A DNA stretch of 64,000 nt, taken from the NCBI GenBank assembly GCA_965112155.1, contig OZ218102.1. The stretch is one strand, 5' to 3'. This stretch comes from Podarcis liolepis. Taxonomy: Eukaryota. A program made the position numbers and the translations under genes. Below are positions 13,933 to 26,773 of this stretch, piece by piece. The notes under the pieces were generated by a model. The model ran no database searches, was not told the origin of the DNA, and saw nothing but the letters and a program-made list of their open reading frames with translations. How positions within the stretch are numbered: the stretch's first letter is position 1; each line of letters starts with the position of its first letter.

Positions 13933-14360
13933 TTGTTGTAGGTCAGACATGTGCAACTTGTCGACCACGATCGACCAGTAGATCACGGGAGTGATCCTGG
14001 TGAATCGCAGGATTAAATAAAGCGGGCAAGGAATGTTGCCGCCGCCCCCCCCCAAAGCACTGGATCCTGCCACCACGGCTTACTCGTGGGGGCAGGGGGC
14101 GGTGACATTCCTTGCCCGATCGCTTGCCGCCCGGCCCGGCTGCAGCAGCGGCCCTGGCACTGGGTCCCTCTGACAACTGGGGGGGGGGGGCAGGCACAAT
14201 TGGGATCTGCATCAACTGCGCGACTCCCTTTGACAGGGGGGAAGGGAGGCAGGCGAGACCGGGATCCGAATCAGCTGCACAGCTCCTTTTGATGGGGGGG
14301 AGGGGGGAGGGATTGGGATCCGCATCAACTTTTCAGCTCCCTTTGAGAGGAAGCGGGGGA
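13933..14360. mobile_element. GC-rich hAT-like DNA transposon fragment with internal repeats of about 55 bp
   Basis: The left end CAGACATGTGCAAC...GATCGACCAGTAGATC resembles the element at 42334. Three to four degenerate GGGATCCGCATCAACT...CTCCCTTTGA units; no right TIR seen. Confidence 0.45.
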
Positions 14361-14758
14361 GAGAGAAAGGGCCAAATCACTGAGGGAAGGAGAAGGAACA
14401 AGAGAAAGAGAAGGACTGAACTCTGTTCTCTGGGATTTGCATACTTCTCCATTCTCTTCCTTGCAATATCCGTACATACTTTTCCACTACTGCTCAAAAG
14501 GTTGCCATCTAAGAACCCTGATGTCAAGCTTCAGTTCAAGCTCAATACAGCAGCTTCCTCCCCCCACATCTCTGCTGCTTCCAGGAAGGATGTGCATTTC
14601 TTTGGTCATTAACAGCATTGCAAGGCTTGGATGTCCATTAGCCTTTCCCTTCCATTTAATGATCACCAGTACGGAAAAGTCTTATGTGCCTTTTCTGGAG
14701 TGGAGGCATTTCTAGCACTGCTGGATTTAAACAAAAACAAGAACACTTAAGCCTTTCA

Positions 14759-14876
14759 AATAGGGATGGAGGACTTGTGGCCCCAGCAGATATTGAACTC
14801 CCCATCAGTCCCAGCCAGCACAGTTAAAAATGATGGGAGTCCAACAATATTTGGACATCCACAAGTTCCCCATCAA
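14759..14876. mobile_element. Palindromic hAT-derived MITE (common squamate family)
   Basis: GTGGCCC.CAGAT...ACTCCCATCA / TGATGGGAGT...CCACAAGTTCCCCATC hairpin. Relatives at about 10879-10935, 34475-34608, 57571-57752 and 63860-63985. Confidence 0.6.
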
Positions 14877-16652
14877 AGCCTTGTAACATAATGGCCAAGC
14901 AATATGTATTGCCAGCCCAACACATGTCTTGCTGCCTTCACTTCTGGGACACCCAAAGAGAAATCATGAGAATATGACAGTTTCAGAGAGGTCAGCCCAG
15001 TTATGTAACTTGTCCAGTAGGTCATTCCTCCACATTTAACAGGCAAGAAAGCTGTTCTCAGCTCACTGCTAACAGGGCCCTCAGCTCAGCTGTTCCCTCT
15101 ACCATCAGAACTATGCAACCTCCCCATAGTAGCACTAATCCACTCAGTGATTTAACTAATATGTATTCAACAACTATAATGGATCCTTCTGGAGCTGCTA
15201 TGATGCACACCGTGAATGAATATTTAACAGCAGCCAGAAAAATCAGCACTTAGGATAACCATGGTGACAGTCACCTTAGACACAGTTCACGCAAAAGAAG
15301 AAAGAGGTAGGTCATTTTCTTTTCTTTTCTTTTCAAATCACTGTGTAGAAAGTTACTATTTATCATAGCTCAACCCCTGCAGCCTTGACCCTTTCATGAA
15401 AGAAAGCGTGGGTTTTTAATTTTTAAAAAAATTGAAAATGGTATTTAGTCTATGTCACAAGCAAGATGCAGAGGAAGTGGTTTCGGACTGTAAGCCTGTT
15501 TGCAAACTCCAGTTGCTGGTAAAGAACCCAGAACTACATGGGCTGGGGGGCTTAACAAAATCTTTTTGAGGCAAACCAAAAGGAAAAGTGACCTTCCACT
15601 TTGAAGTAGTATACTGCCAATTGTGAGTCAATGATTACTAAATTGCAAGGCCTGAGGAGGTGGAGTAATCCTGGCATGCTTAAAAAAAAAATTAAAAAAA
15701 GAATGAGCCAGAAATCTTGGGAGCAAAGCAAACTCATGCTCATGATTACTAAAAGGACAAAGGAGAAATAAAAAGCAACAGTGAGAAAGACCTTTAACGG
15801 TAGTGATGCAGGTCAAGATTAAAATTACTCTACTATTGTTAATCAACCTCCCAGCAGTAGGAAGGCGGCGCTCACTATGCCTGTCTGCAGCCGTCTGTGA
15901 AAGACAGAGAGAGATGAAGGTAAGCACAAATTCTGCCTGCTGTATATTTTAAAAAAAGTGTGTGGGCGGATACATTTGCAGTGAACAATTTGAAAGAAAG
16001 CCTAAGCAGCTCCCAACCCTCAGCATCATATGGAATACATATGCAGAGGTAGAATACATGATTTTTTTTAAATGGAGGCTTTTGATATCCATGGCAACCA
16101 AGAAGAATTTATCCTCCCAGAGAAGAATGCTCTTCTGCTAGGATATCGGAGTGACCTGAATAGCAGCGACAAGAGGGTAACACACACTGCTCTCACCCAG
16201 AGATGCTTACAAACTGAGCTCTATTCAAGCCCTTCACATTCTGCCATTAAACCATCTGTGATGCATAAAGAAGTCAGCACACACACATACAACAGGAAAA
16301 CCGCGAGGTCCAGTATAGACAATTGATGCTATTTTCTCCAGGATAACTACCCACAACTTTGCTCATGCAACTGTGTATTGTCCTCCTGTTTACCAAGGAC
16401 AACTGCCTTCCCACATCATAAAAACAGATCCAGGGGAAATCTCATTTGGGGTCAGTTTATGATCCAGCCACATGAAGCCATCATGCTGTGATTCATTCTT
16501 ACACTTGGTGGGGTTCCAGATGCATTGAAAACCTTGGCTTTGAACTACAAAAGCTTAAGTTTTCTCTGGACAAAGTGAGGACAATTGCTATGTTTCCCAG
16601 GGTATAAACACATCAAGATGCAGGCAACTGGAGCATATGCAGAAGAGCTCAC

Positions 16653-16749
16653 CGTCAGAAGAAGGTGGTGTGGTCCCAAGAGGAGTGACTGGAGTTGTCG
16701 GAGTCGTTGGGCTTACTGGCATGGTCACCAAACCAATTTCAGGATGACT
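16653..16749 (-). CDS. ARMH3: ARMH3 coding exon 13, [32 protein letters not shown]
   Basis: tcctag acceptor, gtgagc donor, 97 nt, ends in phase 1. Confidence 0.95.
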
Positions 16750-18010
16750 CTAGGAACCAAACACATGTAGATCAGTTCTGTTCCATGTGGCCCATACCGT
16801 ACCACGTAAGCTTTGTTTGCTGCACCCTCATTCTAAGCTCAGCATTGTTGATAAACCTGATGAGACCTACAATCCCTACAGAAATCTGTGAGTTGGTGTT
16901 TGTAATAGAAAAACTTGGAAAGTGCCCCCATTCAGCCTTTCACTATTTTGTAACAACTGAATTGACAGTACCAATTGGGGGACGTTCTCTTTCTCACACC
17001 CTCCAAAATACAGAGTTGCTGTTGAAGCAGCATTTTCCTCCTGTCCTTATAGCTCCTATCTTAATGTATTTCTCCTGAAAGAGCAAGACAATGCATCACG
17101 TTGCCACCCAGCTGCTTAACCCAGGTGCTTCCAGAGGACAGGGCTACATAAATAATAATGCAGTTACAGATTTCCCCTGCCTTCTTCTACTAGTTCTTCT
17201 CTGCATTTCATCTCAGCCAGCAGCCCCCTCCCCCCCCCCAATCTAATTTCTGATTTAACTTTATTCTCCATAGGGTTCCATTTGTATCACTGGCATTCAC
17301 GAGAACAGGCAAGGTTTCATACTATTCTATTTCATATCCAACAGTGAAGTAATGAAGTCTGTTTCAGAGTACGCCTTTCATATCAATGCATCTTCAAATG
17401 TTCTCCCGGCAACAAGCAGAGCAATGATTTGAAATGTGTTCTAGAACTACCAATCTGCTTTTAACTGCACAACGTTTCATGGAAGTTCACATAGGGGTCT
17501 GCCATGGCAGACATCTAGAAAGTCTGGCTTATTAATGGGCTCTTACCAGCTCATTTTGTAAGAGAGCATATCGCCAATGGTTGTAGACCCAATTTCAGAA
17601 AGCCATCTCTGGGGCAAGCTTTGAAACATACAGCCCATTGAAAATATTACAGGCAAGCAACTCTATTTCCATGCAATAAAACGATTGCATGCTGCTATAA
17701 TAAGGTTTTATAACTCCCGAGCCAGCTAAGGGATAACAGCACCACCTAGCAGCAGCACATTGGCACCTCATTTCTAAAACACATCTATCAATGTAATTTT
17801 GTGCATGGTACAACAACTCCCCAATAGCTTGACAAAAAAATCTACTAGACCAACATATACCCTCCCCGTTTAGCTCTGCTCTATAGTCTCCAGCCTGTGC
17901 ACATGTACAATATGAGCAAAACAACTTAAACACATATGAATTACACAAGTTTTAGCTGTGGTCCCAATACCAGCAAACACACATGAAAAGTAGCCCTGTT
18001 CTGTATGCTA

Positions 18011-18032
18011 ACACACACACACACACACACAC
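18011..18032. repeat. (AC)11 microsatellite
   Basis: Read directly from the sequence. Confidence 0.95.
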
Positions 18033-18936
18033 CAATTGATGCAAACTTAATAAAATACCACTACATTTACTGCACTCCAGTACAGAAGCCAATCCTGCAA
18101 GAACTGCACAAGCAGAAAAATTAAAACTCAGCTTTTCACAAGAGCCAACATGCAGAAGAAAGCCAAAACATATGCAGCTCTAGAGAATATTACAAGAGCA
18201 CAAACCAAGGAGCAGTGATGACTGGAAATGCCACAGCCATGCCAGTAACCTTTAAATCAGGTGAGAGGGCAGAAGGCTTTTTACTACTGGTTGATTAAAT
18301 AAAAAAGAAGGGCCAGAGATTGAAAGCAACATTCAAAAGACCTTATGAGTAGGGAAAAAAAGTATAGAGCAGTTTTCGACTCTAGTTGACGATCAGAACA
18401 ATTTAATACCCTTAAATCTAGGGGACCAAAGCAATTTCTGCCTTCCCAGGCCCAACTGAGGTTGTTTCAGGACTAGATATCCTTGCCTGCAGAGTGTTGA
18501 TTCCCACCAATATACACTTAACCTGGGGAAGACTAGGATAAAAGAAGAGCCATTTGGTATGCAAATGCTGCACAAACAATCCTCCAGTTTTAAACTAGCT
18601 TGAAGCATCCTTCCTCACTTGGTAGTCACCTGGGACCTATCACATCTTGCTTCAGGATCATTTCAGTAACAAACTAGTCTGAATCTCACCCTCAGGGCTC
18701 AGAGGTACTCAGACTTGGGGGGGGGGGGGGAATAACAGAAAGAAACAAATAAGCATTGTGCATTTGTTCCCTAAGCCATCAAATTCAGAAGAAAGCCTGC
18801 TTCTTGTGGCAAACCACCACATCTGACAAAAGGCAGGAAGAGCTCCAAGGTCCATTGGCACAGCTATCTCCAGCATGCTGAAGCTATTTTAGTTCCATTC
18901 CAATCCTCAGGTGCAGAAAAAGGAATTTCATCCCAC

Positions 18937-19012
18937 CTGTGCCAATACAGTGATGAAGTTTCGATTCAAGTGAACAGCTTCATAAAGAGCCAAAAGGATA
19001 GCCTCATTGGTT
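18937..19012 (-). CDS. ARMH3: ARMH3 coding exon 12, (Q)[25 protein letters not shown]
   Basis: ttgtag acceptor, gtggga donor, 76 nt. Confidence 0.95.
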
Positions 19013-20170
19013 CTACAAAAAGAATGTAAGAGAAAAAGATGCGCTGCAGTAAATGAGTGTAAAATAATGGGTCACTTCCCCCGCCCTTACTACCCAGCTA
19101 CTTTGGATACCCAGAATGATAAACAAAGACATATTTATATTGGAAAGCTGGGTCCCTCAAAAACCCACCCCCTCACACACATAAACAAATCTCACTACAG
19201 CCAACCAAAGACAACCAACCTCTCTTACCACCAAGGAAGCATAACAAGCGAATAGAAAGAGAGCCCACACAAGAGACGCTGACACAAAACCGCACACATA
19301 CACTAAGTAGAATAATAGAAGCATCGCACCCCACCCCACACACCATTCCCCCCTCCCCCTCTTTTCTTCCCAGTCTAATACTGCATGCAACACTAATGTC
19401 TCACAACAAATGTAACTGATCTGTAGAAAACACAACTTGAAAAAATGTATTTTTGTAATCTAAGAAATCTTTAATGAAAATTATTTTTAAAAGGAAAAAA
19501 AGCTGGGTCCCTGCAGGGTATTCTCGCCCCCCCTCAGGACTTCCAAACCCACTAGACACCTAGCAAAAATCTACACATACCCCATATGCATTGATAGAAG
19601 GTAACTTTTACTTTATACAAATGTAGTCGTCCACCCCAATTTATGGCAGCACTTAACATTTATTTATTGCACTTCACATATAGCACCCTGCTCTAGTTAT
19701 TCCCCAGCCCCAAAGAAGAAGGAAGGACAAAGGAAATCACCTACAACCAACTGGTCAACTTAAAACACATAGGGTAGGTATGGCCCCAGAAGGTTGCAGG
19801 CATCAACAATGTTTTTGTTTGCTTGACTGTGGCAAAATTTCTGATGTGGTCATCAGTGTCAAATAATTTACTTGTATCAGCTCAAAAACATGGACATCCA
19901 AATGTCATGTATGGTAACTCCTCCTTCCTATTTGCCCCCATTTCCATCCAGTTTCAGTGCATAAGAAAAGAATGCTATACCCTAACCATCTGACTAAAGC
20001 TTCTGCTAATTCACTCATGTACCAGACTGCCTGCTGCCATCTCTAGTATTGGCTGCTGAGCTAGAGTTAAATTTCTCTTGCCTTACATTTTTAAGTTAAA
20101 TGTCAGCAATGGATAGCATTTTATATTCCTCAATCAAAGCAGCAAATTGCTATCTGCTGGGTGCACTTAC

Positions 20171-20217
20171 TGAACGGAGATTTTCTCATCTGCATCAGCT
20201 ATGAACATGCTGCCCAC
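20171..20217 (-). CDS. ARMH3: ARMH3 coding exon 11, VGSMFIADADEKISV(Q)
   Basis: ccacag acceptor, gtaagt donor, 47 nt. Confidence 0.94.
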
Positions 20218-20426
20218 CTGTGGAAACAAGCAATATTGCACAGCATTGGGATCTATAGAAATTTTCCCTCAAGCTGAGCAGGCACACAATTCTTAAAGTA
20301 AAATGGACACTTCATATTTTCAGGGGAGCCAGAGTCATAGCCTAATGTAGCATAAATAAGAAAGTCATTTTCATTTTCTTTTACAAGCATTGGACTGGGC
20401 CCCTGGCACGGCAAACACTGACCAGC

Positions 20427-20427
<1 letters not shown>

Positions 20428-20457
<30 letters not shown>
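20428..20457. repeat. (AC)15 microsatellite abutting an ARMH3 splice donor
   Basis: Read directly from the sequence. Confidence 0.95.
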
Positions 20458-20461
<4 letters not shown>

Positions 20462-20463
20462 AC

Positions 20464-20524
20464 CATGTTGGTCAAGGCTGAGAAAAAGCCACTCTGGTGT
20501 TCTTCTTCCTTGTCTTTATACTGC
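20464..20524 (-). CDS. ARMH3: ARMH3 coding exon 10, (R)[20 protein letters not shown]
   Basis: ttttag acceptor, gtaagg donor, 61 nt; phase matches the previous exon. Confidence 0.95.
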
Positions 20525-21162
20525 CTAAAAAAAGAGGACAGCAACAGATAGATCAAGCCATGATGCTGCCAACCTATGTGTGCAAAAAAGATTTGACTCA
20601 AATTCTTAACAGTATTTAAAGAAAAGAGGAATAGTCAGCTTTCGCCCACTTCCTATTTTCAAAGGGTGCCTTCCAACTCTACAATTCTATTATTCTAAGT
20701 AACTGATCCCACATCAGAGCTCATATGTGGACATTAGATGAGGTGAATAACAAAGTTGATCCACTCTAATAATTTCTATATGGTTAGATATTTGTTTATT
20801 TCAAAAGTCCTAGAACCAAAATAGATTTTCTGTCAGAAGCAATACACAGCAATTCACTTAGTCTTCTATCAGTGGTGGAGCAGATGATGTTACAGACAGT
20901 TCACAAAAAGGTACAGCCAATTAAAGGAAGAAGAAAGTAAATGCAATCCTGGCAGTTCCCCTGTGAAACCAAACCTCTACTACGCAAGGCCAAAAACAGA
21001 TTTACTGATTGGAATGACAGCAGGAATGCAACGTCTCAAAGATCTAGACATTTTCAGGCAGCCGAAGCAAGCAGCTGACAGGCACATCAGCAAGTTTTCT
21101 CAGAAGGGGATGTTAACTCCTTTTGCTGCTGTAAAAAAAAGACATGCCTTAACTTGACTTAC

Positions 21163-21206
21163 CGGTTGTATTCTGATAAAGCCTGAGCGACTACAAGACC
21201 CATTCC
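21163..21206 (-). CDS. ARMH3: ARMH3 coding exon 9, GMGLVVAQALSEYN(R)
   Basis: tttacag acceptor, gtaagt donor, 44 nt, ends in phase 2. Confidence 0.94.
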
Positions 21207-21920
21207 CTGTAAAAACAGAGCAAGATGTTGAGTTCTACTCCCTACAGATTACAGCCACACAGCAAGTGTGCCCCCCAAAAGCTTATTCTCCAAATTACCC
21301 CCAATAATTTATAGCACTAGATCCATATAAGCTACAGGGATCAGGCTTCTGTCATTATCTGACAAGGTCATATCTGCACGTCCCTCTCCATGTAAGACTC
21401 ATTTCAAGTAAGCAAGCATTTTGTAGTGCTTGAGCCCCCCCCCCCCCCCGCCCCCGGGCTTAATTTATTTTACAGGTTGCTGAAGGTATAAAATTATGGT
21501 GGGAAGAGAGCTATGTATGCTGCCTTGGGTACTCTGGAAGAAAGGCAATATATGAAAATAATGGAACTAAAATTCTGTATTACCGGTTCTATAGGTGGAG
21601 GCAAAAGCTATGTCCCCAAATTAGGACTATACCCTTTGGCAGGAAAAACATGTGGAGGCTTCACATTGCTACAGATCCCATTAATTTCTCATTCAAATAT
21701 TTTTTTTTTGTTTCTTCATTAAATATTTTATTGCATTACTTATATCATAGATTTATTCCTCTCTCATACACTGTGGAATACTTCAGTCATGATCACAGAA
21801 ATCAGAGCTTCTGAAAATGTCTTGGGATTTAAAAAAAAAAAATTCAGTTCAGCTCCTTGTTGTATTCCTAGTCCTCTGGATAACATGCAATAGTCACAGC
21901 ACTTAATCCATCATACTCAC

Positions 21921-21977
21921 ATTGAGGGTGGCCTCATCATCTATGATGGACAGCTTCACTATATAAGGATTCACAGA
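21921..21977 (-). CDS. ARMH3: ARMH3 coding exon 8, SVNPYIVKLSIIDDEATLN
   Basis: tatag acceptor, gtgagt donor, 57 nt. Confidence 0.95.
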
Positions 21978-22684
21978 CTATAGTGGGAAGAAGGAAAGTC
22001 ATGGGTTATCATGGGTTAGCTTAGTGACTCAGCAAAGCCAACACAGCTTCATGCAAAGGTCTTGCCCGTCTTATGATGCCAGGGGACACACGTGCCTGTC
22101 AATTTAAACCACAAGACTCTAGGTCCACTCCTCCTTTCAGTGCAGTAGCCTCACATACAAATGAGAGCCCCTCCAAGATACTGAGAGTCATGGTCACATT
22201 TTACACATTAGCCTTCATTATTTCAACGGTTAGGGAAACAGTAAACAAGCCAATATATTCAATACTGCATCCATCTAGTGCCAGTGTCCATCAGTATAGC
22301 AGTTTTCTATGCTCCTGGTTGAACAGCGTTCTAAATAAAGAGCTACCCATGTCTCATACATACATACCCACCGTGCAACACTCATTATGCAGAGTGTCTA
22401 GCACAGACTGGTTCATATATGAGAGATAGACCAGCACAGACTGAAACATCTGGGACCAAAGGAATTGCAATCCCATTAACAACAACCTTATGCTCACAGC
22501 TTTGGTTTAGTTCAGTGATTATCAGTGCCTAAACGGAGCCAAATACTGAGAAGGGAAAAGCAACAATTCAAGAAAAATTGCCATTACAGGATGGTAATGC
22601 AAAATACACAGAAGCATCTGTCATCTTAAGGACAGATAAATTCAGTGCACTATGAGCTTTTGGAGGCAAGTACCTACTTTATCA

Positions 22685-23036
22685 GGGACGCGGGTGGCGC
22701 TGTGGGTTAAACCACAGAGCCTAGGACTTGCTGATCAGAAGGTCGGCGGTTAGAATCCCCGTGACGGGGTGAGCTCCCGTTGCTCAGTCCCTGCTCCTGC
22801 CAACCTAGCAGTTCAAAAGCACATCAAAGTGCAAGTAGATAAATAGGTACCGCTCTGGTGGGAAGGTAAACGGCGTTTCCATGTGCTGCTCTGGTTCACC
22901 AGAAGTGGCTTAGTCATGCTGGCCACATGACCCGGAAGCTGTACACCGGCTCCCTCAGCCAATAAAGCGAGATGAGTGCCGCAACCCCGGAGTCGGTCAC
23001 GACTGGACCTAATGGTCTCAGGGGCCCCTTTACCTT
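22685..23036 (+). mobile_element. Full-length Sauria SINE with target-site duplication
   Basis: Starts GGGACGCGGGTGGCGCTGTGGG and ends in an ACCTTT-type tail. TSD TACCTACTTTATCA at 22671-22684 and 23037-23050. Confidence 0.93.
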
Positions 23037-23724
23037 TACCTACTTTATCAGACACAATTAGAGGGATAACCAAAAGCTAGCAGAGAGACAAGCTAAATTC
23101 AGCCGACTAAGAGAGGAATAGGTAAGACAGCTAGAACCAGAAAAAAGACATCTGACCGTACACCCTATGCATATCTACTCAGAAGAAAGTCTCAATGAAT
23201 TCAACAACACTTGTTCCTACTAAGTGTGTATAGGAAAAGCTTTACCTACTTCATATCTGTGTGTTCTGACAGCTGATACAACACAGCAGGACTAAAAAAA
23301 ATTGAATTTTCTTTACACATATGTATACACAAATTTAAATATGTTCAATCTATTGTAAGCCACTCTGAGGGTCATTGACTGGAGGAACAGCAACATCTAA
23401 GTTCCCAAATAACTGACATCTTTCAGACCTTTTTGAAATCCTTGTGTATGAACCAAAGGCTTTCTTCACTCAGGAACAGTTCAAAGGGCAGAAATCAAGA
23501 CACTGGGTATTTTGTGAAACGATTAAAAAATAATTATTATTGGCATCCTTGAAGTGAATACCCTCCCCTTAAATATGAATGCCTCGGCACATTTCAAGTG
23601 TCTTTTCTTCAGTCATGCATAAAAGCAACTCAGAACCACCCTAGTAATGTCAGGATCACACCACCACTGAACCAGACACACAGTTTCCAATCTATGCACA
23701 ACATTACAGATGTTCAGTTTAGTA

Positions 23725-23954
23725 GAGTGGACGCTCGGGTTGCGAACGTGATCCGTGCGGGAGGCACATTCGCAACCCACAGCAATCGCAACCTGCAGCG
23801 CCGTGTCTGCGCACACGTGGGTCGCAATTCAACGCTTCTGTGCATGCACAACCACCAAAACCCAGAAGTAACCCATTCCGGTACTTCCGGGTTCGGCGCA
23901 GTGCGCAACCCGAAAACACGCAACCTCAAGCATCTGTAATCCGAGGTATGACTG
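23725..23954. mobile_element. Tc1/mariner (Tigger-like) MITE
   Basis: TA-flanked, degenerate (C)AGTGG..CTCGGGTT / A.CCGAGGTATGACTG TIRs, internal GCAACC repeats. Confidence 0.7.
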
Positions 23955-25124
23955 TACTTTTTACTTTAAAAATATAAATGATGTTTTCTCACAAGTAAAA
24001 GCGCTTAGCACTAGGGCAGCAGAAGGAAACACAATGCTATTCCTGCAGTCATGATGGTGCCATGAGTTAAGTACATTTAAAATAAGAAAATGCACATACT
24101 CAAGAGGATTTCTTTGTTATTTATCAGGGTCAGTAGTGTTTCAGCTCTAATAGATCAAGAATGTAAGTGCTGAGGCACAGGGGTGAAGAGGGAGTGCACC
24201 TGCCTTCCCGGCTATGTGTGTTTTATGTGTGTTTTCTGTTGATTCTCTTCTTCCTCTTTTCCTGGGGAGGCCATGGATTTCTTGGTTGCAATACTTTGCA
24301 GTTTGGAAAAACTTAACTCTTGCCTAACTCCAAATCAGTCCCACATGAGTCATGTGTAATCCATGAGGAAAGGTAGAAAAGTGTTATTAAAAGAAGAAAA
24401 AAAGGCTATTACGGACTGGTATCTTGTAACATAAACCCCAGCATAGCATAATGCCCCCAGCTCTGCATCACAAGAACACTTAAAATGGAGGGAGGGATGA
24501 GAACATTTCTCACAAATTTAAACTTAAGAAAGGGGGGAGAACAAAAACAACAACACCCTAATCTGTGGAAAGTGTGCTTCCTGAATGTATATTCCAAACA
24601 TGGCACTGCTATCTGCAGCAAGAGATTAACAATATGCAGCTGAACCTGTTCATTTATTTGGTGTATAATCATTTTAAAAAACAACCTTTTCATCTCCCAG
24701 GACAGAATTAATAAACAGAATAGCTTTGCCCCCAGGCCTCTGCACTTTCAGATCTTTTCTTTTACACAATCTTTACAACTGTTCAATGTACTCAAGGCCT
24801 TTGACCTTTCTACATAATTACCTTGATTAGATGAGGAGATAGCTTTGAAGACACTAAGATAAACAGAGCTTTGTTTCACCTAAAAGGGCTATTTGGTCCT
24901 GCACCATAATTTCCCATTACCACTTTGGGTGCAAGGGCCTGCCACAGCTAGATCGTATCAGTGAGGTCTCTAATACCCCCTAGGCCTAAGCTTTCTACAA
25001 GAACAGCCACACCTTGTTCCGCGTCTTCCTTTACTTATGGGAAAACACAGCTATTCTTTTGGAACGACTTTACCCAGTTCTCTGGTGAATCTTGGTTATC
25101 CTTCAGTTCCACAGCTATGAATGT

Positions 25125-25302
25125 TAGAATCATAGAATCATAGAGTTGGAAGAGACCACAAGGGCCATCGAGTCCAACCCCCTGCCAAGCAGGAAACACC
25201 ATCAGAGCACTCCTGACATATGGTTGTCAAGCCTCTGCTTAAAGACCTCCAAAGAAGGAGACTCCACCACACTCCTTGGCAGCAAATTCCACTGTCGAAC
25301 AG
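25125..25302 (-). mobile_element. CR1 LINE 3' fragment
   Basis: Octamer tail (TAGAATCA)n on the plus strand followed by the GAGTTGGAAGAGACC...GAGTCCAACCCCCTG CR1 3' end. Confidence 0.85.
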
Positions 25303-25779
25303 TTAGTTAGGCTCTTGTACAGTTCTCAGCACACAATCATCCCATTCCTGACTTTAGAAATTCCTCTAAAAGAGAAAAGGCACTGCAAGGTTTCTGAAGT
25401 GATCTCCACAGGATATGGTATGAAGGGACAGATGGAGACTACCTTGCCCAAGCTAACCAACTTTGGGTCCGGTCACCACTGTGTTTTTTGTGATGGTCAT
25501 GGATTTTTAGGACTAGAAGTGGAACTTCAAGCACATTGCATTTTGTGCAGCTACGGAGTTAACCAGAACAGGGGCTCAGCCTCTCCCCCCCAGTTCTCAC
25601 CAGAAGCATTTGGCTGACCATGCCACCTGGTGGTGCCTGTATTGCAGTAACTGCAGTGATTAAAAGATATCACTATTTAGCTATCTTAAATCGACTCGGC
25701 ATTTTTCTATGAGCTAGCATATTAACATTTTAAAACTGGCAACATGGGTTATTTTTTTTAAAGGACATGAGCTTAAATA

Positions 25780-26020
25780 CAGTGGTACCTATAGTTACAA
25801 ACTTAATTCGTTCCGGAGGTCTGTTCTTAACCTGAAACTGTTCTTAACTAGAGGCATGCTTTCGCTAATGGGGCCTCTTGCTGTCACCGCGCTGCTGGCA
25901 CACCATTTCCGTTCTCATCCTGGGGCAAAGTTCTCAACTCGAGGTAACTCTTCCAGGTTAGTGGAGTTTGTAACCTGAAGCGTTTGTAACCTGCAGCATT
26001 TGTAACTCAAGGTACCACTG
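25780..26020. mobile_element. Tc1/mariner (Tigger-like) MITE
   Basis: TA|CAGTGGTACCT ... AGGTACCACTG|TA; same family as the copies at 47296 and 60225. Confidence 0.88.
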
Positions 26021-26593
26021 TAATGTTAAAGGTTTACTCAGTTACATGCAGTGTACATATTGTTATCATGAAAATTTTAAACAGATTTCATAGATGTAGA
26101 CCGTTTTAATTCTATCAAGGTCTAATTATATTTTAATGATTTATTCTTCTTTTTTAGCAGTTCCTATTTTTTATCTGTAAGCTGCCTTGAGTCCCATGAT
26201 GAAAAAGGCATGGTATAAATAAATATATTATAACAGTACTAATAATAATAAGATTCCAAACAATAAAAGTAACCAAACTGTCACAAATAAGGTTAAACAA
26301 AAAAGCAATTAGTTTTACTTCATATTAAATCACATGAGCAGGTAATTTCAAGATGGCTGTCACTTCACATCAGCTGACTGGATTTACTTGGTACCTTCAG
26401 TACTGATGCTTACTATTAAACCCCTGTACAGCTTAGGACCTGGGGACTAGCTTATGATTGCCTTCTTCAGAAGCCTTCTCCCACCTTTGGAATGTACCTG
26501 CCAGGGTGGTAAACTCTGCACATATTTTACATTACGTAAATACTTTTTTTATTTCCCCAGACTTTTAAAACAGCATTTAGGAACATAGCTCAA

Positions 26594-26773
26594 GGAACAT
26601 AGGAAGATGTCCATTGTCCCATGTAGCTCAGCTCTGTCTACACAGACTGGCAGTGGCTCACCGAAATTTTAGACAGGTGTCCTTCCAAGTGCTACCAGGA
26701 GATGCCAGGGATTGAACTTAAGGCCTTCTACATGCAAAAGAGATGTTCTACTACTGAGTTACAGCCCTTCCCC
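26594..26773 (-). mobile_element. tRNA-derived SINE with CR1-like tail (Squam3-like)
   Basis: Minus-strand head GGGAAGGGCTGTAACTCAGTAGTAGAACATCT...AAGTTCAATCCCTGGCATCTCC; related to the 34027-34418 copy. Confidence 0.7.
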
